The translations under genes and the position numbers were made by a program. From positions 372,001 to 436,000 of the forward strand of contig NIVC01000092.1 of NCBI GenBank assembly GCA_002269645.1: a stretch of DNA of 64,000 bases, read 5' to 3'. How positions within the stretch are numbered: the stretch's first letter is position 1; each line of letters opens with the position of its first letter. Below the pieces are notes generated by a model. It worked only from the letters and a program-made list of their open reading frames with translations. It was not told the origin of the DNA and did no database searches. The DNA is from Macrostomum lignano (taxonomy: Eukaryota). This document shows, one piece after another, positions 1 to 14,077 of this stretch.

Positions 1-50
1 TGATAGCGGAGAGAGGATTTGGGGATTTTTATTGGACAGACCGACACTGG

Positions 51-264
<214 letters not shown>

Positions 265-2435
265 CACACTACTTGTTCATAATAAAGCAGTTGACAGCCA
301 CGTGGATATGCAGCAATGACTCGTCACACAGGGCGACTTTGTGTCTGAGGCCGCAAGCAAGCAAGCAGAAGAGGCTTTGGCAACGCAGCAGGCGTTTCAG
401 ACAATATTGTTTTCAAAGCAGTTGCAACTTAAAAATTTGGATACTTGCAGACTCTCTCACTCGCTCAGCTACTTCATCAAGCAGCCCGAGCCCACTTCTG
501 CATCCACGCAGTTGACAGAAAATTTGTAGCAATATTTTTTACCAGAACTCTGCAGCGCTTTGAAGTTTTTCTTACCCTACCGCGATGACGGCCACTTGTG
601 GCCACAGTCGCAGCCTCATCAATTGGCTTCAAGTTGCTTCAAGAGGCCCAGCAAACCTGGTTCTGTTGCCTTTCAAATTGCTACAATTTTTGCCTATACT
701 AGCTATGTGTGGAAAAGACACGAAAAAATATTTTGTCGCAAGATGGGTTGCAGAAAATATGCTTTATAGATTATCGATTTGGCTATATGCCTAACTTGCG
801 CGAGTGCACACTCTCCCCCTAGTACTTAATCGCTGATAATATGGCAAGATAAACTCCAACTGACTTGAGACTTTGATCCTTTCCCAAAAGAAATTGATGG
901 ACTCTAAGCTAAGAGAGGGGAGAGAGAGAATATGCCATCCTATACGGAGCCGCATCCATCTGATCCTGGGATCTGAGGAGAAATCGAATAAAAAGCCGCG
1001 GTTGGTAGGAGCAAAGTATCATGGCCTTTTAGCTAGGCTGGGGGATCGAGACTCGAAGGAGCTCGAGAATTGATCGATCGATTGAGAGTCGAGGGGGGTG
1101 AGGGGTGTGCAGGGTTCGGTCCGCCTGCGGGATCCTCGTGTCAGATAAGTTAATCAGAGAGAGTCAAAGGTGCGGCGCACTGGACTGAAGCATCTGGCGT
1201 GGGAAACCCCCACCCCCACGGGGGGACAAGACCGCTAGTCCACTATACTAAAACTGAGAATGCTGAAAAAACTGCTAGGGTAAAGCAAAAGTTTTTTTAT
1301 CCAATAAGGAGCATGTTACAAATTTTATATTAAAAAACAAATTAAAATAAATTATAAGAAGGAGGCAATTCTAAGAGAGAGAAGTTCTATAGTAATATTA
1401 TAATAATATTATAATTGCAGGAGGGTTGTGGGCCCCATGAAATCGTCAGACACCAAGCGTTAAAGCAATCCTGCCCTTTTCGATGACTCTCGAGCAGGGT
1501 GTACAGCGGCCGTTTTGACTTTCTAATCGTCAGGAATGTACACTCTCTGCGCCTTAGGAGTTGGATATAATAGGCGTGAATCGCACGACAACCCCATGGC
1601 AACTCTAAGAAAAAGGCCATTCTAAGAAATCTGTTATTTTAAGCAAGAGGCTATTCAAAGGAAAAGGTCATTGCAATAAAAAGGCAATTTATCAATATCT
1701 TTGTTGAAAACCAATTTTTAAAGACTTCTTGTCAGTAGAACTACAATATGTGACTGGATTTCCACTCTCCAGATGCCTTAGTCCAGATCTGATTGGCCGT
1801 CGAAACGGCCGATAAAAGGATCACATTCTAAGAAGCAGGCAGCCAAACGAGACAAGGATATAACTTTGGCTTTTTTAACACTGACGACTGTTTTTACATA
1901 TTAAGCAGGACTTTTTTATTACTGACTGTTCCCCATTCGACTTTTACGACTCCTTGAGGAGGAGGAGGACGGGGGAGAGGAGGGAAAACGGGAGATAAAA
2001 ACAATCTGAAAGACTGGCAGCTCGGCTTCAAGATGCTCCTCAGTGTGGCAATATAGCGACTGCTTGTTTTTATTATTGGGTCCCAGTGTGGGTGTCAGTC
2101 CGTCTTGCATGACCCGCGTCGAGTTCGCTGAGCAGCTGCTTGAGTAGAGAGATAGTTAGGTAGCTTACAAAATGACTGCCAAGTATCCCGCTGGGTTCCT
2201 CATCCCGTGACTGAATAATTTAACGTCCACTGGGGGTGCTCAGAGACAGAGTTACAGTGCGGCTGCTGCTGCTGCTGCTGCAGTCTCTGCTCAATCTGTG
2301 ATGCGTGGAGATCTCTGCTGATGGAGTGAGTGAAAGTGTTAGTGAGTCACGTTTTCAGTTGGCTCACTCGCGCTATTTACTTGAGCGTCTGGATTTGAGC
2401 TATTGATCTGGGGGAGTCTGAGATACTAATAGGGG

Positions 2436-3666
2436 ACGAGTCTGAGATTGATGGGATCTCTAAATAGAACTGCGGAGAGTCCGCGACTTATAAAGAGAGG
2501 AGAGTCTGAGATTGATCAATGGGAGAGTCTGAGATAGATCAATGGGAGAGTCTGAGATTGATCAATGGGGGAGAGTCTGAGATTGATCAATGGGAGTCTG
2601 AGATGGATCAATGGGAGAGTCTGAGATTGATCAATGCGAGAGTCTGAGATTGATCAATGCGAGAGTCTGAGATTGATCAATGGGAGAGAGTCTGAGATGG
2701 ATCAGTGGGAGAGAGTCTGAGATGGATCGATGGGAGAGAGTCTGAGATTGATCAATGGGAGAGTCTGAGATTGATCAATGGGGGAGAGAGAGTCTGAGAT
2801 TGATCAATGGGAGAGTCTGAGATTGATCAATGGGAGTCTGAGATTTGATCAATGGGAGAGTCTGAGATTGATCAATGGGAGTCTGAGATAGATCAATGGG
2901 AGAGTCTGAGATTGATCAATGGGGAGAGTCTGAGATTGATCAATGGGAGTCTGAGATTGATCAATGGGAGTCTGAGATTGATCAATGGGAGTCTGAGATG
3001 GATCAATGGGAGAGTCTGAGATTGATCAATGCGAGAGTCTGAGATTGATCAATGGGAGAGAGTCTGAGATGGATCAGTGGGAGAGAGTCTGAGATAGATC
3101 AATGGGAGAGTCTGAGATTGATCAATGGGAGAGTCTGAGATTGATCAATGGGAGAGTCTGAGATTGATCAATGGGAGTCTGAGATTTGATCAATGGGAGA
3201 GTCTGAGATTGATCAATGGGAGTCTGAGATAGATCAATGGGAGAGTCTGAGATTGATCAATGGGAGTCTGAGATGGATCAATGGGAGAGTCTGAGATTGA
3301 TCAATGGGAGTCTGAGATTGATCAATGGGAGAGTCTGAGATTGATCAATGGGGGAGAGAGAGTCTGAGATTGATCAATGGGAGAGTCTGAGATTGATCAA
3401 TGGGAGTCTGAGATTGATCAATGGGAGTCTGAGATTGATCAATGGGAGTCTGAGATAGATCAATGGGAGAGTCTGAGATTGATCAATGGGAGTCTGAGAT
3501 GGATCAATGGGAGAGGGTCTGAGATGGATCAGTGGGAGAGAGTTTGAGATGGATCAATGGGAGATTGAGAGTCTGAGATTGATCAATGGGAGAGTCTGAG
3601 ATTGATCAATGGGGGAGAGTCTGAGATTGATCAATGGGGGAGAGTCTGAGATTGACCAGTGATCAA
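2436..3666. repeat. Minisatellite, ~20-25 bp unit GAGAGTCTGAGATTGATCAATGG
   Basis: About 50 copies, varying in the G/GA run. Confidence 0.95.
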
Positions 3667-4367
3667 TGTTGCTGCTTCCCACAGTTCAAGGTAAATCGAC
3701 CCTCTATTAATTCAAAGTCCTCAATTTTATAATAAATATTGCCGGACAGAGCCCGCCGCCGCCTGTTGTCCGAAACATTTCTCGGCCAGATTATCAAGTA
3801 GATATCGGCCGCGCATCTGCCCCTCGAGAGCTTATGAAGCTCTTTGTCCGGCATGTAGATGCAGAGACGCGGACACAAAAAAGCGACAACAGAAAATTCG
3901 GAAATGAGCTGTGGCAGGCGCGCGTGTAACAGTTGCCGTCAATCTTAAATCTTCATCAGTTTTGCAACATCTTTTGTGAGCAGTGTGAAGGTTTAAAGGC
4001 TCACTGTTATTGTTCGAGATCACTTCAGTGATAATTTCTTTCTTTTCCGTTCGCCTCTTTCTCCGTCATCTATCTCTTCCTCCCACTGCTTCCACAGCGA
4101 GCTGAGTGATTGCGTCACCGCTGGGATTTTTGACAACGGGATTTTTTTCCACCATGAATCCATGGTCGGTTCCATGAATCTCCCTTAACTCCGGTCCTCA
4201 TTCATTTGAATATTGGTGGCGAGCGAATACAGACTTTATTTGCGTTGGTTCGGCCGATGGAGATCAACTTTGATGGAGAGGTTCGCAATTGGGGAAGGTA
4301 TAGAGACTGAGAAGTACAGATCAGGAATGTTTAAGTATTGAAAAGTAGATTTCGAGATATATTTCTA

Positions 4368-6410
4368 AGACACTGACAAGTAGACACTGACAAGACACTG
4401 ACCAGACACTGACAAGACACTGACAAGACACTGACTTCGGCAGTTTTACTTTAATTGACTAACTGACAAGACACTGACAAGATACTGACAAGACACTGAC
4501 AAGACACTGACAAGACACTGACAATACACTGACAAGACACTGACAAGACACTGACCAGACACTGACCAGACATTGACAAGACACTGACAAGACACTGACA
4601 AGACACTGACAAGGCACTGAAAAGATACTGACAAGACACTGACAAGATACTGACAAGATACTGACAAGATACTGACAAGATACTGACAAGACACTGACAA
4701 GATACTGACAAGACACTGACAAGACACTGATAAGATACTGATAAGATACTGACAAGACACTGACAAGATACTGACAAGACACTGACAAGATACTGACAAG
4801 ACACTGACAAGATACTGACAAGATACTGACAAGACACTGACTTCGGCAGTTTTACTTTAATTGACTAACTGACAAGACACTGACAAGACACTGACAAGAC
4901 ATTGACAAGACACTGACAAGACACTGACAAGACACTGACAAGACACTGACAAGACACTGACAAGACACTGACAAGACACTGACAAGATACTGACAAGACA
5001 CTGACAAGACACTGACAAGACACTGACAAGACACTGACAAGACACTGACAAGACACTGACAAGACACTGACAAGACACTGACAAGACACTGACAAGACAC
5101 TGACAAGTAGACACTGACAAGATACTGACAAGACACTGACTTCGGCAGTTTTACTTTAATTGACTAACTGACAAGACACTGACAAGTAGACACTGACAAG
5201 ATACTGACAAGACACTGACTTCGGCAGTTTTACTTTAATTGACTAACTGACAAGACACTGACAAGACACTGACAAGACACTGACAAGACACTGACAAGAC
5301 ACTGACAAGACATTGACAAGACACTGACAAGACACTGACAAGACACTGACAAGACACTGACAAGACACTGACAAGACACTGACAAGACACTGACAAGACA
5401 CTGACAAGACACTGACAAGACACTGACAAGTAGACACTGACAAGATACTGACAAGACACTGACTTCGGCAGTTTTACTTTAATTGACTAACTGACAAGAC
5501 ACTGACAAGTAGACACTGACAAGATACTGACAAGACACTGACTTCGGCAGTTTTACTTTAATTGACTAACTGACAAGACACTGACAAGACACTGACAAGA
5601 CACTGACAAGACACTGACAAGACACTGACAAGACATTGACAAGACACTGACAAGACACTGACAAGACACTGACAAGACACTGACAAGTAGACACTGACAA
5701 GATACTGACAAGACACTGACTTCGGCAGTTTTACTTTAATTGACTAACTGACAAGACACTGACAAGTAGACACTGACAAGATACTGACAAGACACTGACT
5801 TCGGCAGTTTTACTTTAATTGACTAACTGACAAGACACTGACAAGACACTGACAAGACACTGACAAGACACTGACAAGACACTGACAAGACATTGACAAG
5901 ACACTGACAAGACACTGACAAGACACTGACAAGACACTGACAAGACACTGACAAGACACTGACAAGACACTGACAAGACACTGACAAGACACTGACAAGA
6001 CACTGACAAGACACTGACAAGTAGACACTGACAAGATACTGACAAGACACTGACTTCGGCAGTTTTACTTTAATTGACTAACTGACAAGACACTGACAAG
6101 ACACTGACAAGACACTGACAAGACACTGACAAGACACTGACAAGACATTGACAAGACACTGACAAGACACTGACAAGACACTGACAAGACACTGACAAGA
6201 CACTGACAAGACACTGACAAGACACTGACAAGACACTGACAAGACACTGACAAGACACTGACAAGACACTGACAAGACACTGACAAGACACTGACAAGTA
6301 GACACTGACAAGATACTGACAAGACACTGACTTCGGCAGTTTTACTTTAATTGACTAACTGACAAGACACTGACAAGACACTGACAAGACACTGACAAGA
6401 CACTGACAAG
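4368..6410. repeat. 11-bp GACACTGACAA minisatellite with 79-bp higher-order unit
   Basis: 11-mer runs interrupted ten times by CTTCGGCAGTTTTACTTTAATTGACTAAC. Confidence 0.96.
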
Positions 6411-7030
6411 TAGTACTCGCATAATAATTAAACACTTCAAGTCAGGCATTATCAAGTCTGCAGTTTTCGCAGGCATTCACATCAACACAATTACTACAAT
6501 ATACGAGTAAGATTCCCCATTTGCCGCCAAACATTTTTATTGCAACCAGATGGACCAAAAAGCCTCTACCGAATTCCTTATTTTATCCAAACCAGAAACT
6601 TCGCACTTAGCCATGGTGAGTTACGTAACGGTTGGCTAAATTAATGAAATTCTGGCGTAGCCGCTGTCGGTACTGAGGCAGCTGATAAATCGCTCCTGCC
6701 TCTATCAGTGTCGTGTCCCCAGGTTGCTCCACTAGCAGTCCGAGGGGAGTCGAACCCGCGCAACCACCTCTAGCCCCGTTTCCTGCTCACTTAGTTTGCG
6801 GTTCGATGAGGCGACGCGAAGCAATTGAGAGGCGGAGAATGGGGATTATGGGATCTGGAGGCGTCCTGGGCGGTCAGTCGGAAGTCGATTGGTGCTAATT
6901 TGGCGAGAAATAATGACTGGCTGTCTGGCTGGGGGCTGAATAGAGAGGGGGAGAAGGAGAATGAGATGGGGCAGGTTGGGACCGACTGAGTTCAAACTAT
7001 TTTATGGGACAGTCACTCTGCCTTTGACGA

Positions 7031-7315
7031 GGGGAGAGGTAGAGTGAGAGAGGAAGGGAGAGGGAGAGGTAGAGTGAGAGAGGAAGGGAGAGGGAGAGGT
7101 AGAGTGAGAGAGGAAGGGAGAGGGAGAGGTAGAGTGAGAGAGGAAGGGAGAGGGAGAGGTAGAGTGAGAGAGGAAGGGAGAGGGAAGGGTAGAGTGAGAG
7201 AGGAAGGGAGAGGGAGAGGTAGAGTGAGAGAGGAAGGGAGAGGGAAGGGTAGAGTGAGAGAGGAAGGGAGAGGGAGAGGTAGAGTGAGAGAGGAAGGCAG
7301 AGGGAGAGGTAGAGT
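7031..7315. repeat. 24-bp purine-rich minisatellite GGGAGAGGTAGAGTGAGAGAGGAA
   Basis: About 12 near-identical copies. Confidence 0.95.
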
Positions 7316-7924
7316 CAGAAGAAATGGAGAGGAGAATCGCAGAGAGTGAAAGGGAGAAGGAGAGTGACAGGTGAGAGACAGGAGATCAAAGGTGCATGCC
7401 GAACCAACGCGGGCCCTAGTTAGCACCTGACCAACAAGAAGCTGCTTGCGGGGTCAAGAGGGTGAGAAGGATGAGACTAAAAGATAAAATCACCCCCTAA
7501 TACTGACTGGGCCAAACGATAATTCAGACATCCCCCATCAACCAAAGGATGCGCCTGGCCCATCCACCTACCACCTGTCAAATCCCGGATAAATGAGGGA
7601 TCAATTCATCTCCCACTGGGATAATTTTTTGTGGGATAATTACGGCGAATTCCATTCTGGATGTGCATCGCCGGAGCCTGCATCGTCTCTGGCTTAAGTG
7701 GGTCTGAATTGCTTTGAACAAACCGATTCTGACTGCGGTTGCCGGGGGGGGGGGAGTTTAGAGGAGCGGTGAAGTGTCCATGGAGCTTGCGGTCAACCGA
7801 ACTTGATGGGGCTGATTGATGAAGGCATAAAACTATCTCGAAGCCCGTTGATAGGCAGTCGGGGTTTTGTTGTGTCAAGTGCTCTTTTTATGAGAAATTC
7901 TCAAGGTACTGTGAGTTACTTTAT

Positions 7925-8215
7925 AGGTAGATTCTAGCGTAGATTCTAGAGTAGATTCCAGGGTAGATTCTAGGTATATTATAGGGTAGATTCTAAGGAA
8001 GATTCTGGGGTAGATTCTAGAGTAGATTCCAGGGTAGATTCTAGATATATTCTAGGGTAGATTCTAGGGTAGATTCTAGGGTAGATTCTAGGGTAGATTC
8101 TAGAGTATATTATAGGTAGATGCTAGAGTATATTCTAGGGTAGATTCTAGGGTAGATTCTAGGATAGATTCTAGGGGAGTTTCTAGGGTACGGTAGGTTC
8201 TAGGGTAGATAATTG
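7925..8215. repeat. Degenerate ~14-bp repeat (GGGTAGATTCTA-type)
   Basis: Recurrent tagattctag(g/a)gt. Confidence 0.85.
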
Positions 8216-9552
8216 ATATAATCCAGATAAACGGATTCCAGATAGACTAGGTTTTAAAAGGTTTGATTTTAGAACTAGATTCCTGCTAGGAAGATTTGGA
8301 AAGTCTGCAAGTATACAACTCACTACTCTGCCAGATGAGTCAGTGAATTCACTTCAAATCACTTTTATTATAATTTTTTAGTTATCCATTTTTGGCCTTG
8401 AAATTCAATCCCATCCACTCGCCGCTCTCTCAACATTGCAAACAAAAAGATTTGTTTGAATGCCCGTCAGACTCTCTGCAGGTACAATTAAGCCATTTAA
8501 AACCGGGTTGTTATCCCTCTGTTTGGCGACTCTCTCAACCTTCCCTTGCTCTCTCTCCCCATTTTTATCCCCAAGTGGATCCGGAAACTTTATCTTTCTT
8601 GTCATAGGGAGAAAAAATTTCCCAGCATCCCACCATCATCATCCTGATCGGGTTCCCCGTGCACAATGTCTGCATTGGGGGTTTCAGGTTTCATGCCAAT
8701 TTCCAGCTGAGGCTCTCTCTCTCTCTGGGATTCGAGTCCCTTCCCTAATCGGCGTCATCCCTCCTGAGCTGGGATATGCTCACTTCCTCATCTCTTCCCC
8801 ATCAAGACTGGGAAATTTAGACCCCTCACAAGTTGTTGCGTCCTCTCTCTCTCTTATGCCAAGTAAAAAAATCCCCAGAAAAATCCTATTCCCTTTTCGT
8901 CCGTCCAATTTAAGAGCTCGGGCAGGTGGGCAAACAATGCCCGAGGCGGAGGCTGGGGTTGATCCTCCTCGCAGTGTTGCACAAGTTTGTCTAACAAGGC
9001 CGATCCCAGTTCAGCACTGTGTCACCAATATTCCCCATTAGCAGCAGGCCCCCCGCGAACCTTAAACCCACATTCCAGATCACGGCCAGCACTTGCGAAT
9101 GGGGGATCTGTCATTGCCAAAGCCAAGGGGAAAAGTGACAGCCAGGCGAGCAAAAGCAGAAGCATTTTGCCTGTAACTTTATCTGCCTCTGGCCAAGTTG
9201 AAGGGCCTAACAAGAACCCCCCTAAACTGGTTGGTTGACTTGTCCCAGCGGCGCAGGGCGAACCGGAACTCTTCGAAAGAGATAAAACTGCAGATCCAAA
9301 CAGTTTCTAAGGAGGGGATCATAAAACATCTGGGTTGCTGTTTCAATTAAAACGATCGGTTTATATTCGGTCAGCCAGGGAGCAAGTACTGGAAGACATG
9401 TCTGGATAGCATCTGCGCAATGTTTTCATGCGGAAATTGGGGGGGGGCACGCAGTACTTGTTGATTCTTATGACAAGAAGATGTAGATTTCTAATAATAT
9501 TTAGACCTAATTGAAGATTTCATTATCAGTTATCAGTTTTTATATGGAGCTT

Positions 9553-10215
9553 TGGAATCTCAGCAATTCCCCCTGAGCCTTGGCATCTCAGCAGTTCCCC
9601 CTGAGCCTTGGCATCTCAGCAGTTCCCCCTGAGCCTTGGCATCTCAGCAATCCCCCTGAGCCTTAGAATCTCAGCAATTCCCCTGAGCCTTAGAATCTCA
9701 GCAATTCCCCCTGAGCCTTGGCATCTCAGCAGTTCCCCCTGAGCCTTGGCATCTCAGCAATCCCCCTGAGCCTTAGAATCTCAGCAATTCCCCTGAGCCT
9801 TAGAATCTCAGCAATTCCCCCTGAGCCTTGGCATCTCAGCAATTCCCCCTGACCCTTGGCATCTCAGAAATCCCCCCTAAGCCTTGGAATCTCAGCAATT
9901 CCCCCTGAGCCTTGGAATCTCAGCAATTCCCCTGAGCCTTAGAATCTCAGCAATTCCCCTGAGCCTTAGAATCTCAGCAATTCCCCCTGAGCCTTGGAAT
10001 CTCAGCAATTCCCCCTGAGCCTTGGAATCTCAGCAATTCCCCTGAGCCTTAGAATCTCAGCAATTCCCCTGAGCCTTAGAATCTCAGCAATTCCCCCTGA
10101 GCCTTGGAATCTCAGCAATTCCGCCTGAGCATTGGCATCTCAGCTCCCCACCCCCGTGAGCCTTGACATATCAGATATTCCCAACCTGTGACCCTGGGCA
10201 TCTCAGCAATTCCCC
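9553..10215. repeat. 27-28 bp minisatellite GAGCCTTGGAATCTCAGCAATTCCCCCT
   Basis: About 22 copies. Confidence 0.95.
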
Positions 10216-10294
10216 CCATGAAACTTTCATCACATCGACCAGAAAGGCGTGAACGTGACCTATTAACACACAAACAAAAGTACACTCAGCTCAC

Positions 10295-10469
10295 CGTGCT
10301 CCCGGAACGGATCGTCATCAATAAAGCAGGTACCCCGGCCGCTATCCGACTCGGACGACTGGGCGCTGGCCTCGCCGCCGCCGCCGCGGTGACCACCGAC
10401 AACCAGTCGTGACGTGCCCGGACCCGAGGCCAGCACTGGTAGGCCGGCGCCGGAATCAAAATCGTGCAG
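10295..10469 (-). CDS. Protocadherin cytoplasmic exon with CM1-like motif (not in the ORF track)
   Basis: GC-rich island bounded by ctttcag| (10470) and |gtgagc (10294). Phase-0 frame is open: LHDFDSGAGLPVLASGPGTSRLVVGGHRGGGGEASAQSSESDSGRGTCFIDDDPFREH. DSGRG resembles the DSG.GD core of delta-protocadherin CM1. Phase matches the exon 2 donor; 175 nt = 174+1. Confidence 0.72.
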
Positions 10470-10508
10470 CTGAAAGTTCGAGGGTTTTACTTTTAGACAG
10501 ACAGACAG

Positions 10509-10925
10509 AAACGTTGAGAGCCTCGATTTTAGTAATAGCCCCTAAATAAACAATTGCTGAGATTCTAAAACAGCCAGCAATTATCTCATTATGAACGTGA
10601 GAGCCTCATTCAGCTTCGAGCATAAGTCTATAAACGTTGAGAGCCTCGACCAGATGCATGTAGTTAAAGATACGAGGGCCCAACTTATTCAGAAGTTAAA
10701 AAAACGTTGAGAGCCTCGATTTTTAATTTTGGAGACCTAAAAATATTTAGTACACTTTTAAGAGCTTCTAATACAGAATATGAACGTTGAGAGCCTCAAT
10801 ATCTTTATTAGGAACCCTAAAAATAATTAGTACACTTATACGGAACTTCTAAAACAAAAAATAAACGTTGAGAGCTTCAACCTAATTGATCAATTAATAC
10901 CCTGTGTAAATCGTAGAGAGCCCAA
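10509..10925. repeat. Array of 6-7 conserved 17-bp cores (AACGTTGAGAGCCTCRA) separated by divergent AT-rich spacers
   Basis: Core starts at 10510, 10594, 10633, 10703, 10783, 10864, with a degenerate copy near 10909; spacings 84, 39, 70, 80, 81. Confidence 0.85.
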
Positions 10926-11769
10926 TGTCTGTTTAGGCGTCGTTGAAAAATCTCTAAAAACCTTTCGCTCCTTTTTTCAACGTTATTCAGCATTCATCAT
11001 CACCGTATACGCTACACAGGAGCTGATGGACAGGTGCCACATCAATACAATTTAGATGCGCACACACCAAATACAAATATAGCCCTCTGCAGCACTGGTT
11101 AGTAGGTAATGTAAATTTGCACATGGCTTCCATCGCTTTAGAGCCGCGCAAATGGATTACGCAATCACCCCCCCATAGACTGGACACTGAACAGCCTCTT
11201 GCAGAGAGTGAAGGTTCCAATCTGCATGGTCCCACAAAGAGACTTTAACGGGGGATAGAGGTTTGGGTTAGAAATGGGAAATACGATAGTTAAACGGCTA
11301 CGCTGTGTTCAAAGGAAAATGACCAAAACCCGGCAGGGAAGAGCGGCTGACCATAAAACAGCCTACGGGCAAGATTCTCCCAGCACCCCATCCCAATCTC
11401 TGCTTGTCCATCAGGCCGAATTGAGATCAATTGATGATCATTTCACTCTTGCGCGCCCGTAGCAACTAAAAAACTCTGGCCTCGAGGCGATTCAATTCGA
11501 GTTGGAGTGACGCCTATTTGAATGAAATTAATGCTAAAAATTATGTAATTTGAAATTTATCTATGAATTTAAGCCCCGCACAAGTGTTCGAAAAGTGCTA
11601 TAATAATTTGCATAGCAACTCTCCTAGCAAACTCGAGGATTAAGAGGGTGAAGATACGAACATAGTTTTTGGACATGCTTATTTTTGAGTGGGAAGATAT
11701 AAACTGTTCTCATAGCTGAATCCTGCTCCGGGTCTAAATAAAACCGCTGGTTTATGATTCAAAAAATGT

Positions 11770-12632
11770 TCTATTTGGGTTGTTTGAGACACATTCTTCT
11801 CTAGTTTGAGACACATTCTTCTCTGGTTTGAGACACATTCTTCTCTGGTTTGAAACACATTCTTCTCTAGTTTGAGACACATTCTTCTCTTTTTTAAGAC
11901 GCATTCCTCTCTAGTTTGAGACACATTCATCTTTAGTTTGAGACACATTCTTCCTTAGTTTGAGACACATCTCTCTCTAGTTTGAGACACATCTCTCTCT
12001 AGTTTGAGACACATTCCTCTCTAGTTTGAGACACATCTCTCTCTAGTTTGAGACACATTCCTCTCTAGTTTGAGACACATCTCTCTCTAGTTTGAGACAC
12101 ATTCCTCTCTAGTTTGAGACACATCTCTCTCTAGTTTGAGACACATTCCTCTCTAGTTTGAGACACATTCCTCTCTAGTTTGAGACACATTCTTCTCTTT
12201 TTTAAGACGCATTCCTCTCTAGTTTGAGACACATTCCTCTCTAGTTTGAGACACATTCCTCTCTAGTTTGAGACACATTATTCTCTGGTTTGAGACACAT
12301 TCTTCTCTTTTTTAAGACGCATTCCTCTCTAGTTTGAGACACATTCCTCTCTAGTTTGAGACACATTCATCTTTAGTTTGAGACACATTCTTCCTTAGTT
12401 TGAGACACATCTCTCTCTAGTTTGAGACACATTCCTCTCTAGTTTGAGACACATTCTTCCCTAGTTTGAGACACATTCTTCGTTACTTTGAGACACATTC
12501 CTCTCTAGCTTGAGACACATTCTCTAGTTTGGGACACATTCTCTAGTTTGGGACACATTCTCTAGTTTGAGACACATTCTCTAGTTTAAGACACATTCTT
12601 CAGTAGTTCAACAAGACACATTCTCTAGTTGA
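11770..12632. repeat. 22-bp minisatellite AGTTTGAGACACATTCCTCTCT
   Basis: About 38 copies with 20-bp variants. Confidence 0.95.
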
Positions 12633-13597
12633 AGACACAGCATCCGAGGTGATGAAGACAAAAACGGGAACAGCAAAACTGAGGAGGTGAAATTTGGATA
12701 CAATTAAGAAAATTTCAATCAGCATCGCAAAAAGGAGCGCGCAGATCACAGAGGGATTAGGCAGGGAGATCCAACTTCGCACGCTAACCTAAAAAAAACT
12801 ACACCTCAAAGAGGTATCAGTTATGCCTTTATTTGAGTCCTGCTCACCTCTTGCGCCGAGGATTAGCGCGGCAGCTGAGCATCGCAACATCAACAGCAAA
12901 GGATAACGGCGGCCACTTATAACTGCTCAGCATTCCTCTCCCGGCTTCATCCGGGGAATCACGGAAAAAAGCGCAGGGTCGAGCAGGCAGAGGCGTCACG
13001 CATCGGGCAGGATGCGAAGCGGGGGGAACCTCTTGCAGAAGCAGCAGAGCGGCTACTCGTGCGCTTCTGCCTTCTGCTTTTGCTGCCTTCATAACTCCTT
13101 TTTTCCTCTCTCTATATTTCTGCTCAAATTTGATACAACAATCTTCTAGAGGAGAAACACTACAGAGAAGCATTGATACTTAAACGCTTTGATGCTCAGT
13201 CACGAGTTTGAAAAAGCTGGGCATCAGGAACAGCTGCATGTGCTGAGCAGCCTTTGTACCCAGAGATACAAGGGCGCACAGTGTGAGTAATGAGTGCTGG
13301 GGAGAACTGGCTCCCAAGGAGGGGGATGAGCTGTGATTAGTAATCGATGCTGACTGAGGAAAGTTTTCTGAATCAATCGCTGATAAAATTTTATTGCCTT
13401 CTCTAAGGAAAAGAAAGAGAGGAGAAAGGAGAAGAGTGAGGGGACAGGGGAGAGGGAAAGGAACAAGGGAAGAGTAGAGAGAAGAGGAAAGAAAGAAGGC
13501 AAGAGGGGAGAGAAGAGAGGGGAGCGGAGAGTAGATGGGAGAGAGGGGAAACAGGGGAGTGAGGAGAGAGAAGATTGGAGATGGAAAAACCGCAAGT

Positions 13598-14077
<480 letters not shown>

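Noticed and set aside
6746-6756. Perfect Pol III B-box GGTTCGACTCC on the minus strand (tRNA or SINE?)
   Set aside because: The T-stem does not pair fully, there is no correctly spaced A-box and no cloverleaf; at best a decayed SINE fragment.
9022-9175. Short minus-strand ORF with a signal-peptide-like start MLLLLLAWLSLFPLALA
   Set aside because: Under 50 codons from the ATG, no cleavage or amidation motifs, no convincing splice donor; likely chance.
2200-9300. Candidate terminal protocadherin exons (near 9290, 6895, 3850 and 2320)
   Set aside because: Each offers an AG and a short open frame, but none has a CM2-like motif or coding-like composition, so none can be supported.
10509-10925. 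Calling the repeat-spacer array a CRISPR
   Set aside because: Eukaryotic intron, no cas genes, repeat only 17 bp, spacer lengths very unequal and several spacers are related to each other.
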